Shown here in pieces: positions 14,405 through 29,815 of a DNA stretch of 64,000 nucleotides. Below the pieces are notes generated by a model that saw only the letters and a list, made by a program, of their open reading frames with translations, had not been told where the DNA came from and did no database searches. Origin of the DNA: Sphagnum compactum. Taxonomy: Eukaryota. The DNA is taken from contig OZ234493.1 in NCBI GenBank assembly GCA_965153455.1, forward strand, positions 2,976,001-3,040,000, read 5' to 3'. The translations under genes and the position numbers were made by a program. How positions within the stretch are numbered: position 1 is the stretch's first letter; the number at the start of each line of letters is the position of its first letter.

Positions 14405-16040
14405 AAGTTGTTGCAAACATGGAGTGCTAAGTCCTAGTCCTAGATCATGACCTTAATCCACAATTTATTTATTTATAGTTTGTTTTGTGTTCATCCCCCT
14501 TTCTATCAATTAGGGTAGAAGCATGGCAAAGTAAACCCTAAACCCTCAAACACCAGGCATAATGTAAAGGGGAGTGGAATTGAAGGCTTTTTAAAGTCTT
14601 GAAAAAGTGAGCAACCCAAAAACTCCAAGGCAACGCTATAAAGAAAGCTACCTTCTTTAAGCAAGGAACATCTTCCAAAAGGAGTGATCCAAAGCCTTGA
14701 GAACGAATATCCGAAGGCTAGAATTGCAATGTGAATGAGGCATCATTTCAAATATCAACCCAAACCAAAGTAAAGGCAAATTGAATGCCAAAATAACATT
14801 GCCCCCCACCTTGGGTTTTACCCTACATTAAATGGATTAAAAAATCAATAATGACAAACTAGATATAGATTAGTGTTAAATAATAGTTATATATGTGCTA
14901 GAAATGTGATATGTTAAATATGTTTTTACGAGCTCTATTTGGTGCATTTTCAAACTTGTCCTTTTACACCTTACATGTTTTTACACATAATCACACCAAG
15001 CAATTCTTTGTTTTGCAAACTAAAGTTTCATTTTTATTTTTTTTGGCATGTTTTGTTATTCCACACAAAATTCAAACCAAAACCTTTCAACAAACACTAA
15101 ACATACTAACCAATAGCATAGATTTTGCTTATGAACAACATATAATATATTTGCATAAATAAAAGCAAGGTCAAAGCAATCAAACCCTATGATAAAACCA
15201 AGTGGTTTTGTGCAGGGCTAAGAATTATTGACCATTTTTTGTGCCTAACGAAGCTCTTTAGAGAGTGTTAACATCTTATTTTGAATTTTAGATCTCTCTT
15301 TGGAATTTTCTCTTTACACATCTTGGAGTCATCAAGCTTGGTAGGTACAACATCCCCTACCCCAATATTTAAAAATAATATTTCCCCATTCGGAAATAAA
15401 AAATTAGACACGATTTCCACAAAAACTTCTCCACATTTTTTTTTCTTCAAGACATTCCCAAAATGTGACATTCCCCCAAAGATGTTTCTAATCCCAATTC
15501 CCAAACAGATTTTCCCAAACTGCAATAGGACTAAGGACACTAATCACCCCCAAATTGATTTTGAAAAATGACAAAACACATACGCAAACATTCTCAACAT
15601 CCCAACCCATAGACAAGCTACTGAGAAAACATGATTAGATTTCCAATAGATATGACTTGCCAATGCCCTACTCCTTTAAACATTCTTTAGTACCTTTCAT
15701 CATTTCCATCACTACCACACCCATCATTTCATTAAATAATTTGTCTAGAGACTCTCAAATTCTAGAGATGCAACCGAAGTCCTTCAAAAAACCTAACGAA
15801 TTCTTAACAAAAACATAAAGCGCTTGGGAGAAAAATCTTCTACTTGGAGCAAAATCACAGAAAGAACAAGAAAATAAAGAACGTTTAGCATTTCTTTCTT
15901 GAAAAAACCCAAAATTGTTGAGGATAAAAACTACATCCTTAAATCTTCTCTCCCCAACAAAATTTGCTTAACCAAATAATCTTTAACAACTACCACATCC
16001 ATCATTAAGAGAAAGCAAACACAATGACAAAGATGAATTG

Positions 16041-17657
16041 CTCACACCACACAACACCAAGAACGACAAGTACCACTTAGGATTGAGGATGGAGGTGTAG
16101 ATGTTAGCCTGAAGACCTGCTGAGATTTTGTCACTGTAATTTGAAGGAATTTACTCAGCAGCTTTTTTCCTTTGTGCTTGTGGGGTCTTCCAAAATTTTT
16201 ATTGCCTGCCAAAGTGGGCATTCTGTTTTCTGAAACAGGATGCATATTTTTCTGATTTTTTGGAAGAAAGAAAGCTTTTGAGCAGGTCTTTATGCTAAGT
16301 ATGGTACTCAGCCATGGGCTGTTGTTACCTGAATTGGGCCTGCAGTTGGCCCTGTCTCCCATGGGCCTTATTCGAGTTAAGCCCCTGGCATTGGGCTTTT
16401 TACCTTATACTTTTGCCATCATGTGCACATTGAGATTGGGTCTCGTTTTCACTAACAAGACTTTTTTGGTTGCCGTCTGTCTATGGTGTTTGAATACTTT
16501 GTGGAATCTCAAATTGCAACTTGCTGCAGGTTTGCTACTTTAATTTGACATTTGTTTCTGATCACAAGCCGCAGATGTGTGGGCTTTGCACCCTAATGTT
16601 CACCTTTTACGTTTAGGTTTAGCCTTTGATTTTGACATACTACCATCTAACGTTCCTGTCCCGTCTGGATACTTAGGCCCACTAGATGGGATCCAGGGTT
16701 CAAATTCTTGGGAACCAATTTGGACTCATTTGACGCAAATTGATTTGAAGCAAGTTGGACCCTAGCTTTCCACCTTCATTCTCCAAATCATGAGCTCTCC
16801 TTTGAGCTCCTTTTTTTTGGGTCCAAACCAATTGATTTTCCGTCCAAAATGGTGCCATGTAGGTTTAACTTCAATTGGCCAATTTTTGGTCTTGAACCCT
16901 CATCTAAAGGCCATGGGTCCAATTATTGACTCTCAGCCAATAGTATTGCTCTATTTCATTGGACCTTGGACATTAGACCCTCATGTAATGTGGCCCTTAT
17001 ACTACATACAGCCTCATGTAACTTGCAGCTTCATCTCAGGAATTTCCTTGCTTTATCCTCATACATACAACAGGAATTAGGCCTGCAGTTGGCCACACCT
17101 CACACCGGCTTTATTCCAGTAAAACCCCGCGGCATTGGGCTTTTCTACCTGACACTTTTGCCATCATGGGCACCTTGAGCTTGGGTCTTCTTTTCATTAA
17201 TAAAACTATTTTGGCTGAAGGTCATCTATGGTGTTGAATACTAGTCTATAACATTCCTATCCTTTTGGGATACTGATACTATAGCCTGCTTCAAGTATGA
17301 GCAGAAAATTTATGAAATTCCTGTGAACAAGCCTCAAGTTACAAGGGACTGTCAAATATCCAAAGAGGATAGGAACTTCAGAACAGTTAGCCAAAATTGA
17401 AAGGGAAACTTAACCGAAAGTATAAACCTAAGAAATTCCAGAGATCAAGCCACAAGTTTTGCAGGCGTTGCGGCAAAATGTTGACCTTTGACTTTAATAT
17501 ATTCACCTTTGACTTTGACACACTGATTTCAAATTCCTATCCTTTTTCGGATATGCAAGTATTGCTTAGTCTCAGGAACTTCTTAGTCTCAGGAACTTCC
17601 TAGGTTTGCGCCTTACATTGTAACGGGCATCTTGGAGTTTACTTTTCACCTTTGATT
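16041..17657 (+). repeat. ~1.6-kb dispersed repeat, copy 1 (non-coding, with internal direct subrepeats 16331-16500 / 17075-17240)
   Basis: Near-identical reverse complement at 43063-44987; the spurious ORFs are duplicated (16966-17178 vs 43533-43745; 16292-16543 vs 44132-44398). Confidence 0.9.
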
Positions 17658-20600
17658 AATGCAATGAGGCCGTAAGAGCGTATAGAACCAATTTACTGCC
17701 TTCAGTCAAAGACTACTGCAAATGCAAATGAAAAACACTGAAGTGAAAATTTCAAATGTCAAATAAGTGCTCGCATTGTCTGCAATCGGTATCAATGTTC
17801 CAATGTCATCATCCCCAACGTTGGCCGTTGGTATCCCGATTCATTATAACATCTCAAATAACATATGATTAGAATTTTTTTCACATTGATGTTCCCAACA
17901 TTCCCGTGTGCTGTTCTCAAACAAATCAGATCGGGACCTTCATGCAATGATGAAGTAGGGCTGATGCAGTGAAGTCATTGCTGGACTGGAAATGTTGCAG
18001 AATGGCTCTATGAGCAAAATCTATTCATATCAAACTCTGTGATGTAGGTTCTGTTGCATCTTGGGGCAGAACCAATATTGTTTGTGTCACTGACAAATTA
18101 GACTATGAGATGAATGAGTGCTCATGTGGTTTATATATGACATTCTAGTCCAAATGGTGAATCTGAACCCACAATTGATGCCAAACATCAGAAAACATGG
18201 CCCTGGGAGAAATTAATTTTACATAGGTAATTCGTCCTAATTCATCACTACTTCATCACTTGGGTGCTGGAGTCGCCCTGATGACAAACTAGGAGACAGA
18301 ATGTGGCTGCTAGGGGAAGTAGTTCATCACTGGTTCATCATCACTAGGGTGCTGGCCTCTCACCCATGACTTCAAGCATGTGGAATCCTTCATGCAACTT
18401 CCTTCTCTACTACACCAACAACTTCATAAGCCTTGTGTAATAATTCCAGTTGTGCCTCCATTGATGATCCTTCAAAAGCTCAAAATAAAACGATAGACGC
18501 TAAAAATATTATAGTGTCAGAAACTGTGTAAGGGTTTGGTTTGGAAGACCTTTAATAAAGCAAAGGGTCCTTATTGTAGGCAGTATAGAAGTACTGCTTC
18601 TCTCTTTTTTTTCCTTGTCTGCCCTTGGCCTGATCCATGTTTTTCTCAAGAAAGATGAATGGATGACACCCAGACCCAGACGTCTAATCTCTCAGACTTG
18701 CTCTTTATGGAGTGCCCTGTGGTTTTTCGAGTGCCGCAGAAGCTAATGCCATCAACTGCAGGTTTGACGCTATTGGCCTACTAACCACTCGCTCGCCACT
18801 ATATCCTGCTTAGGACATTCGGTCTAGCTTTGCGTTTCAAGCTCGTTATCCTAACCATATCCTCTGCTTTACTAGGGAACCCTAATGAGGGCAGGCCCAT
18901 TGATCCCCAGCTTCACAATCTGGTGCTGCCTATTATAGATATTGTATCATGGTATGCACCAATGTTGTCTAGTTATCCAATTTCTGGACAAAACTCCAGA
19001 TTTGAATAAAGAATATTTTCAAATTAAAAAAAAGAGATGGATATGTATCATTAAAATTTCAAATATTTTCATATATATACAGTTATGTATCAATTTTACT
19101 TTTTCCCCCTTCGCTAGTTATGAATAGATGATTATTGAATGCTAAAAATCATGGAGATGCATAGAAAATATGTATTGTCAATTTCTCACTTATCACTCAG
19201 AATGCTGACTAGGGCTTAAGGTTTTGAGTGTAAAAGCATATCTTCCAAACTTTAAAAAATCATAAATCCTAGAACTTCCTCCTAGATATGTATAAAAATT
19301 TTCGGTTTTGTATAGCTTTCATACAAAGATAGTGTTTTTCTTTTTCAAATTTTTGTTACCTGGTGAAAAAAATGGGAACAAATGCAACAAAGGTTTTTTT
19401 TTAAAAATTCACCATATTTTGAAAGAAATATTTTTAAAGAAGTCCCCAAATTTAGACAACGTGTTCTTGCAAGTCGTCAAAACTAAGCAGAATTCCCAAA
19501 AAATTTAATGTCCCTCCAAGGCAATCACCGTGTACTTCTAATTAATGTCGAGGATCCTAGCCACTGCACCTACTAAAGGAATTTGAAAAAAAACATTGTA
19601 CATAACTGAACATACTCCTAAATAATCCCAGAATAAAGATGTAGATTCGGTTAACTGAACTCTCTTCCATCCATGAATATGCATAATTCAAAATTAGTGG
19701 TTAGTCTGTATTTGGAGAATATGCATAATTATTTTTTTGAAATTGAATCAATTTAAGATATGCATTTATGCTTAATTGAGAATTGTATAACCAGACAACA
19801 CTGGTATGCACATTTTGAGCCCGCAACTATAGACTCTAATAGTTACAATAACTGTCTGCAATAAGGACCCTTTGCTTATTTCACATCTCCTAGTTCCCTC
19901 CTTGCTTGGATGTCCATAACACAAACTGGGTAAAGGTTTCTGGTTGCCCACTTGGATATCCATTACCTTTTGAGGGACATCCAGGTTTTAGAATCAGTTT
20001 CCCTTCGAGGGATATCCAGGTTCTATAATCAGTTCTGGTTTCAGCTTCAGTTCCACACATAGATGGAATCCAGAACCTCATTTTGGGTGCAGTTCTTCAA
20101 AAAATAAATAATTTCTGGTTCTAGTTCTGATTCCTGCTCTGAGAATCAGACTTGGTTCTGGTCCCGTTACTAGTAACCTAGAGTAAAAGAACTTAACTGT
20201 TCATTAGCACCTACATTAATTAATCTTTGCCAAAAACCTTGAGTCTGGTTCTAGTTCTGGTTTCACACATAAGTGCAACCAAGAATCCAATTTTCTAGAA
20301 GCTCGCTTTTGGAGTTTTGATAATAATTTGTTGGGTGTTGATCACCAGATTATAAGAACCTTCAACAATTGTATTGATATGAAAAACATTTCACTTGATA
20401 AGTATAGATTCAGGTGCAGTGAATGATGCCCTTCAGCAGCAGCTGCTTCTTCTGATCAATCGCCACAAGACTGACACAATTGACAAGTTTTTCAACCATT
20501 GTGTAGTAAAACTATGTAACAAATTATATTAATTGAAAAAAGTGTGATAATCATCCAGGGGTGCATTCACAATTCGAGTACACAAAAGGAATGTTCACCT

Positions 20601-23600
20601 TCAAAATCATATGGAACTTTAAATTTGATTCATTGTTATGAATAATACAACCTACAAGTTATATCATATTTATTGTTTCATTAGATAAAAGTGTAGATTA
20701 GGATCATTATGGTAAGAAATAATGATAATTTTGATGACTAAAGGTTGTCTAAATGTGCTTAAACATGACTTAGGGATTATATTCACTAGTGTAATTTTGT
20801 CAAAAAAGAATGACATAAAAAAAAAAAAAATTCAAAATTTTTAATATTTTAATCAAAAATAAAAATAGTGTGTGTTTACATGAAATTGAATTTCAATTGT
20901 ATTTTCAATTTGTTCAATTATTTTCTTTTGATCATTTTTTGCACTTATTGGTCAGAAGATTAAACATCTATATCCGCCTTTCATTGTTTAACATCTTAAA
21001 ACATTCATTTTTCAAAACATAAGAACGATTCAGAGGATAGGACCATGCTATAGTTCACATTGTGGTAGGTCAACTACAACTGCACCCCCATTGTCTTTTG
21101 ATGAAGTTATCTTTCAAAAGTTTAATAAATGTGGAAGAAATTAAGGGTGTTCATGACATCTTTTATGCTTTTTTTATGTTTCTCATTTGCTTTCAAAATA
21201 ATTTTCTTTTTTGTTTGATGGTTTTTTTTGTGTTGTTTTTATTTTTATTAGTTTTTAATCTTTTTTTTTTTTTCCTTTTGATTGATTGTTCTTTTGTTGT
21301 TGCAAGTTATTGACGTGTCTTGTGCATTCATCGTAATTGTTGAACATTTAGAACAAACGAAAAACATGAATCAAAACCCATTTCAATTTTTCATGATGAC
21401 AATGACAATGTCTAAATATCATAAAACAATCTTTGATAGTCACAAACATAGGTGGGCACCAATTCTAGGATTATTAATTGTAATATGTTAACCCTTTTAA
21501 TTTGAAATCAAGGTGTAATGTTTGTTACATAATATATGCAACAAGGACATTTCAACACATGAATTGATTTTGAAAGACATGATGAACGAATGAATGCATG
21601 GTAAGGTGGCTCACTTATGGAGTTGTATTCATATTTTTGCAAGGTACCTTTTGTTTAAATGGATGTGGTGATAAATGTATGTTTCAATTTGTTAATTGAT
21701 AATTGATTTTAAATTCATAACTTGATTATGAAACTAAAAGTATAATTTGTTTTCGAAAATGTTACCCCTATTGTTATTAATGGACTTTTGAAAGGACAAT
21801 GTATGGACCAGTTTTTGGATTGCAGTGTATTCATAGTAAATTTCAATTTAATTGATTTTTCGTGACTAAGTATAACTTGAAGAATGGAATGAATAACATA
21901 TTTATGGGACTATTTTCTTGAAAACCTTAGCAAATACTTTTTGGAATTTAGAATGGTTAAAATTTGACCTTATTTTCATAAGTCCTTATGTTACAATTTT
22001 ATTTTTTTTCAATTTTTCTTTTCTAAAAGTGTTTGATTATGAAATATCTAAAGGGGTGATTATTCATATGGACTATCTAAAACATTTTTCCAAGTATGAT
22101 TATTTTTGAAAAATTGCATCCATCAAAACAACTAACGTCATCATCATTTTATTTAAGTTTTAAAATAGAACATGAATGTTCACAACTGGATGAACATCAA
22201 TTTATAAATGATTATAATCATGAGTTATGAGAAATAAGTAACAATTTTTTTTAGCAAACTTTTTATGGATTCTTTTGGAGTGGAACATGTACCTAAAATG
22301 AGCCACCATACCATGTGTTCACCTAAACTAGATTGTATAGTTTAATTTGTTCATTATTTCCAAACTTGAGACATTCAATGGTGCATTTGGATTTTTCTAT
22401 TGGTCATTTTGATTTAATTTAGATAAGGATAATTTTGAATTGTATTATTTTCAATTCTACTATTTGGATTTATTTTGAGATTTCAAAATTTTAATAATTT
22501 TAAATTCAACTATTATAGAATTTCAAAACGACATCAAAGTCAAAATCAATTGATTTGAATTTTGTTGTTTTTTAAAATTTTGCAATTTTTGGTGTTCGTA
22601 AGATGTGATGACAACATCCATGCAATGAAAGCCTTAATTATTGTATAATATTGTATAATCCACATGGTTTGAGGATGATGAAAGCCCCTTCCCCATAGGT
22701 TCTTCATAGAGAAAAATGGGCTTGAATTTGAACATCATGTTTGCACACTTCTTTCAATTCATCTTATTGCATCCAAATACATTCCAACTCATATTGCAGT
22801 AATTATTTCATGTGTAGCAAACACTTCTCCAATTCTTGGTCATGAATGTGACAATTAGTGTTTGCCCTTGAATGGTCATGTGTTATGTATCCTTTACTAA
22901 GGTTTTTAGTTTGTCCAATTGCCTCTCCAAATTGAAAACAACTTATGAGTTGTTCCCCTTCCCAAGCCCTTATTTTAGATTTGGGATCCATTGACATGTT
23001 CCTTGTTTTAACCACATTCATGTAAGATGTTTGAATGTTCAACTCCTATCAAGCAAAAGCAAGAGATTATGATAAATTTTTTCATAAAGGTCAATGTTAT
23101 AATTAATTGCAACATATTTTCAATTAATAATCTTTTATATATTGATAGCCTTCAAAATTCATATAACATATGATATCAATGACATGGGCTAATTAGAAGT
23201 GGGGTCAAAACATGATATACAGAGCCAATCCAAGACAAGGATTTAATCATTAACAATCATTAATAATGGAATATTCTATAAAATATACATGTTTCAAATT
23301 GTGATTTCCAAATCAACTTTTACATTAATTAATTTTTATGACCCAAAAAGATGTTGCATTATACTATAATGAAAATGTGTACACAAAAGTTTTCCCATAA
23401 AAATTTCATTTTCAAATCATTTCAAATTTTTGAAAAAGTGTTTTTTGCAACAAAAAAACACTAATTACATTGTTTAAAAGTCCTTTTGGGTATTCCATAC
23501 TCATTATATTCATTTAAAAATATGCCAAATGTTCCCACAATACATAAAAAATATTGTCATATAAGTTTCATTTAAAAATTTCAGCATCAACTTAAGTAAC

Positions 23601-26600
23601 CACTTATCACAGGGGAAATTATATAATAGTTACATCCTGCAATGGGTCCTTATATCATGTTTGCATCCAATGCTACAACTTAACATGGAATTCCAAGTAG
23701 TGGGACATATTGATACATTAAATAAATGCACAATGTTTTCGAAAAAAATCCACCAATAACAATAACCCCATGAAATTCATGTTAAGAATTCAAAGTACAT
23801 TGCCATTAAAGAAAGATGAAAAGAAAAAAGGCAAAATATCAAATAAAATATTCAAGGATTTAAACAATAGTAGAAATACAATAATGCAAACCTACCAATG
23901 ATTGTTCCTTGAGGTCCAATTTTTTTTCTTCCAAAGGTTTTGGGTGTGTTTGACTAATGTTTTTCATGTTTTGTTTGAAGTCAATAATTTTTCCACATCC
24001 TTGATTTCCTCCCTTAATGTAGGCCTTGTGGAAGGATCAAAATCTTTAAACATCTAAGGGTCTACTTCCAATTTTGCGATCCCAAGATTCACAAAATCAA
24101 GTTTTCCTACCCTTTCGAACCTGTAATTACATTTCGATTTGTCTATTGGAAAAGCTTTGGCAATGAACACAATGAACCTAAACTTTTGATGCTATGATTT
24201 TTCTTAGGCACAACAACAATTGCCCAATTGACATTATGTTTTTTATATTCTACAACTTATCCTTCATTTTGTTTTGTTCAAAATGTGTATATGTAACCAT
24301 CAATTTTTCAAGTGAGACACCTAATTGGTAAGGAACCAAGCATAAATATTTTCTAAAAAATGAAATAACTATACTACTAACTGATGGTTTAAAGAAACAA
24401 AAAAAATACTTAAATTTCATTTTGTTGAAGAATAAGATGTGAAGGTTACTTTTTTTAAAAATCCACCCCAACATTAGTTGTTACTTGCATAAAGGTGCAA
24501 ATTAAATGCTTTCCTATTGGGTGAAAACACGGTTAGAGGAACCAAAGTTGCCAAGGTAAAAGTCTTTTTCCAAGACTACACATGACATGTCATTTTGTTG
24601 TTGGTTTGTAACTTAAAAATTTGTATTTTGAGTAGCCTTTTAACACTACATTTTAGAGATAAATGCATTTGGACTACAAATTGATTTTGTACTATGTATG
24701 TTATGCATTCATGCCTTCTATCACATAAACATGAACAACTTTTGTTAAAAGCACATTTTCAAAATTCATAATTTTCAGGGTCAAAAACATTTTTGAGCCA
24801 AATGTGTTCAAATTGGTTATTAAAAATAAAAATAAAAATTCAAGTTCTTTTGCCCCTCTAATCATCAATGTTGAAATTCTCTCCAATTTTAAGAAGGATC
24901 GGTGCACATTTGGTAGATGAAAAGGATGTTTTAAAAAAACAAGGATTGTCCACTTTCGAAGTTTGAGTGCTTTGAACATGCAAAACATTTTTGATTTGTG
25001 TCAAGTTTTGAGAATTTAAACTTTGCAATTAATGGAAAATATTTCCAAAAAAATATGACAATCCAAACTATTATGCTTCACTTGTGCTTTTTCAAACATA
25101 CAAAAGTGCAATTTTAAAGAGTGTCCAGTCACTTGTGTGGTTCCTTTGATTGTGTTTTTACCCTATTGTAAGCCAATTCATGCTTTTGTGCTTTTGAACA
25201 ATGATATGCATATACAAAACTTTAATGTTGCATCATTGGTTAGCATCCCAAGTTCTTTAACATTATGTAACATGTTTTAAAAATTTGTCTAAATAGTTAA
25301 GAAAATAATTTTAGAAATGCTATTAAAGTTAAATCCAAATGTGGCCAAAGTAGTTCAAGTTATATTTCAAAATTTTCCAATTTGTTCCAGAAAAAAGAGA
25401 AATATTGTGACAAAATATTCCCTTTTATATTTTTTTTGCATTTTTGATAAATTTTCACACAAAAAGAATCATTTATGAACACCTGTTCAAATGAATTCAT
25501 GAAATTTAAGCACAAATTGACTAGATTTCTAAAGCAATTTGGATATGCCAAATTTCATGGGGATTTGAAATTCAACACTTTTAGTGAAAGAGTAATAAAA
25601 TGACTTGCTTATGAATTTTGACAAATTTTATGTGAAATACGTGTATATTATAAATGTTTAAAGTTTGCAAACTATTATTATATTTTTCATCCAAAGCTTC
25701 TAACCTACTACTTAGGTAGTTGTGTTTCACTTCATGGTTGTTCCTTTGTGAAAACTGACCACAAAGGTCCCACATATCACATTCTTATAAAGATGATATA
25801 TATACATAAAGAATTGACCTACATACAATATACTTTGTTAAAAGGGTGGAAAAGTAGATAATGAAAGATTACCCATGTTAGAAGCAATGTTTTCCTTTTA
25901 AATTTAGTGATGTTCCTCAAATGGCAATCATCCATAAGTATATTTAACCAAATATATTAAAACTATAAAATATTTCTTAAAAAGAATTGAAAAGTCCCCA
26001 TTTACATGTTTAGAAAAGGCAAAACAAGGTGAAAACTTCATAAAGTCATAGAAACTCCAAGAAACTTGGATAGACAAAACTTAAAACAAAGGACCATAAA
26101 ACAAATACAAAATAGGGACAATTTTTTTTAAAAATACACTTACAATATGAACAATAGCACCAATTGCACACCTATTTAGGGACCATCTATAATAATATAC
26201 ATATGCATGTACGATAGTGATTTCTCTATATTAACATCCAAATTGACTTCATTTGCTCCTTATGTTAGTGGGTAAAAACTATTGTAAACATTAATTTATA
26301 CATTGAATTTATATGCAAATGAAGCAATGGGAAGACTCAACCATGTTATTGGCTGAAGCCTAACAACAAACAATAAGACAAGGTGAAAACACATTACATG
26401 AAAGACAAAGAAAATGATAGCAAGGGATAACATTTAGACCAAGAGTAAACTTATAAGATGTTCCCAAATTACAAGACTTTATATAGATCATCATTCGAAA
26501 TGTTCCAAATGCTGAAATTCAAAAAATAATTTCTTTATTAAACAACCCTTTAATCCTCTTTAACATAATCTTATAAAAGTTTTTATTTTATAAGACAAAT

Positions 26601-27433
26601 ATTGACTCTCTGAGGGACAAAAAAGTCTTTTTTAAAAACTTGTATTTCAATTTGATTATTGATAACTCCAAACTTCAAAATCATAAAGACTTTGGAATGA
26701 AATTGAGGCATACAAATCATGTCAATATTTGCTCAACTCAAGATATTTTTAGATGTATGCCATTGCCAAAGAGTCTTGGTTTTAGTGCATAAATCTTTTA
26801 AATTTTGAAAAATGAAGAAAGATGAAAAAATGAAAACAAGATGATCCATAAATCTACAAACAAGAGGGGATCTATGAAGCACAACGAAACAAGTCTTTTT
26901 CTTGAAATGACGGTGGAAAAAACCAAATTCATAGGAAGAGATGTATCATAAGTAATAACCATGGGGATAATATGAAAGTAGCAAAAATGGCAAATGTTTT
27001 CATAGAAACAAGGAATTTTTGACAAAATTTTCCTTTTCCAAATTATTTTCTGTAAAATGATAAAAATTCACCACAAAAAAAATCATTGCCACAAGGTAGA
27101 TTACATCAATGACCTTACCTACCATTGATAATTAGTAACTATATTGTAAAAATATTTAATTGTTCCAAAAAATGCATCCAATAGCATAAGTTGAAATATT
27201 TCAAAATTTTGATAAATGCATAAAAATATATGTATACATGGTTCCTTAAACATTTTCAATATATAGTGGTAATCAATCTTTTGAACTATTTTCCATGCTC
27301 AATACATCCAATATTCAATTCTTTGAAGAAATCCAATATGGTTAAATTGAAAATATATATATATATTCCCAACACACCCTTTTTCGAATTATTTAATACC
27401 AAACATTAGTAACAAATGTGGTAATGTGTGAAA

Positions 27434-28213
27434 AGGTGAAAGCACACTATGGGGGTCAACTTGGGCACTTTCACAACATGTATAACAAATATACACCTTC
27501 AAAATGTGTTTTGTTTAATTTTGGGTTTCATTTTGCTATTTGGGCTTTATATTTTGATTTTCACAAAGTTCATGTTATTTAATATTATATGAAAAAAAGA
27601 AATAAATTTAAAACATTAAGTTGAAAGAATAACTGGTATATTTACGTAACAAAACATAATAAAACCCTTTTTTTTGTTTTAGATTGCACTAGTTTTTGCT
27701 TGAATTAGGCAGTCAAAAACATTTGAACTAGAATTCTCATAAAAATAGTCCACCTCACAATTTTTTGTCATATTCCATTTAAAAATGATTGTCAAAATTT
27801 AGTTTATCACATTCTTATAGTCATTGCCTAAAAAAAACTCATTTGTGATATCATAGTTATCAAACCCTTCACATAACTCACAAACCTATTCCAATCATAT
27901 GGGATCACAATCAAAATAAAAACTAGAAATTTATAAATATTAAAAATCATTTCAAGTATTTATTAAATATATATATATATTTTTCAATACACTATGACAT
28001 ACATATTTTTTGCACAACTATATTCTAACATTACATCATATAAAATAAAAATATATAATTTCTTTGTGTTTTAGCTTATCGTAATCTGTAAAAACATTAT
28101 AATTTATTTTTTCATTCATATTGAAATGATTGACCTGCAAACATGGGTACCTTTAAAAAATAAAATAAAATACAACGTGACAACAAATTTGACCCCCTAT
28201 TGTGCTTCCACCT
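27434..28213. mobile_element. Putative MITE (~780 bp) with ~30-45-bp imperfect TIRs
   Basis: aggtgaaagcacactatgggggtcaa ... ttgaccccctattgtgcttccacct, with an AT-rich non-coding interior. Confidence 0.5.
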
Positions 28214-29815
28214 GAAACCAAAAACAACCATCCTAAAATGTAGCACATATGTCAATATGATTTACATACCTGTACATTGACACAAATGTTTAGCACAAAA
28301 TGCCAAATTAATTTAACCCAAAACAAAAGGTCTCTTTGTCTGCAAATTCAATTTAAAAAACTGAAAATTTAACAGTTTAATTTTAAAGTTGAATGGTTTA
28401 ACAAAATTATAAATTACTTGTATTTTAAATATCATCACTCACACATTACATTTAGGATTGAAAGGATTAACCCTCGCTTGTGTGACCCAAGGTGGGGGGC
28501 ATTTCAAGAATAAGGGGCCCAAGATAAGGCCATAGCCAAGTCCAGCCGAGGCACTGCATTTTGAGATGTCCACAAGGAATGTCCCTTCTCCATTGGAAAG
28601 CATGAGGTGAACATGATGGGGAACCTAAAGGTAAGTGGATCACAAGGGCGTAGAAGGGTGCGGGTTGTTACATTTATTCGTATCCTTATAGGAGTAAGAT
28701 CCCTAAGGAGTACGCGTAAGATCTTCCTCTTTGTTGGGAGCAGGGACATTCAAGTACATAAGGTGCTCTCCATATAGACTTGAAAATTTCTCCAAGTGTG
28801 TAAAGTATTAGTAGAATTGTAATGCATGTGGAGGGCACCTCAACCATTGCTAGTAGTTTAGATGCAACAGAGGAGGAGGCTGCACCTTGTGTGTAAGGTT
28901 TCTCCTCTCCTAAAAAAAAGTGGAGCCATTAAAATTTTGACCAATTTTTAAGCTGGATAAGGACCTTCAAGGCGAAATTCTGGGAATTGAAGTGGGGCAG
29001 CTCATTCCTCATGCATGCTGGGGCCAGATACCCAGAACAGGCCCTCTCTCTCTCAGTCGTTATCCTACTCTTTACTATACTAGGCAAGTGTTGTTCTATA
29101 ATAACATAAAAACCTCTCTTTTTTTTTCTCTTTGTATCTTCAGAGATGTCCTTAGGAAGTTATGTGGTAGGGGAGATCTCGCTATAATATATTTGTCGTT
29201 CCCATGTTCCCATGGAAAGATTTTTTGATGGGATGGATCAGGAGGAAAGGGACAGATCAAGAAAATTGAAAAGAAAACAAGAAGGAAAGAGTGGAGGAAA
29301 GAAAAAGAAGAGTATTTGACAGCCATCGAGGTTCCCATACCCGTGTGTTCTCCATAGGTCGCGAATGCCCCTGGGCTATCAAGCTTGTGCAACCCTCCCT
29401 CAGGAGAACCCACTCATATGGGAATCTCGCATACAAACAAACAAGCAAGTTTGTCCTAGTTCAGTGTAGACTGGCTTTCCTACATCTCTGGCAGTGGTAG
29501 CGACTTTTGCAACCAAAGTAGAAAATGAGGTACCAGCAGCGACTGTAGCACTTTCCTTGGCCCAAGTAGTCAAATCTATGGACAAGTGGAGAAGCACACA
29601 CGTCAGATTGAAGCTAGTAGATGGGACACTGGATTATCCCAAATTACATGCTCACGTGCGGAGGAAGGAGATAAGAAAGAGTTCGCTAGCACACCTTGAT
29701 TGAATCCATCAGAAGCCCGTTCATAAGATTGTAAGCTTTTGTAAAGAGCTAAGTAACCTCCAGGCGGTGGTGAACAAGGACAACTTAGGCGCAGGAGACT
29801 CCTCCAGGATAGGAA

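Noticed and set aside
20500-27400. Possible genes in the long AT-rich block
   Set aside because: Only short F/L/K/I-rich ORFs are present; this is probably old TE debris that I cannot classify
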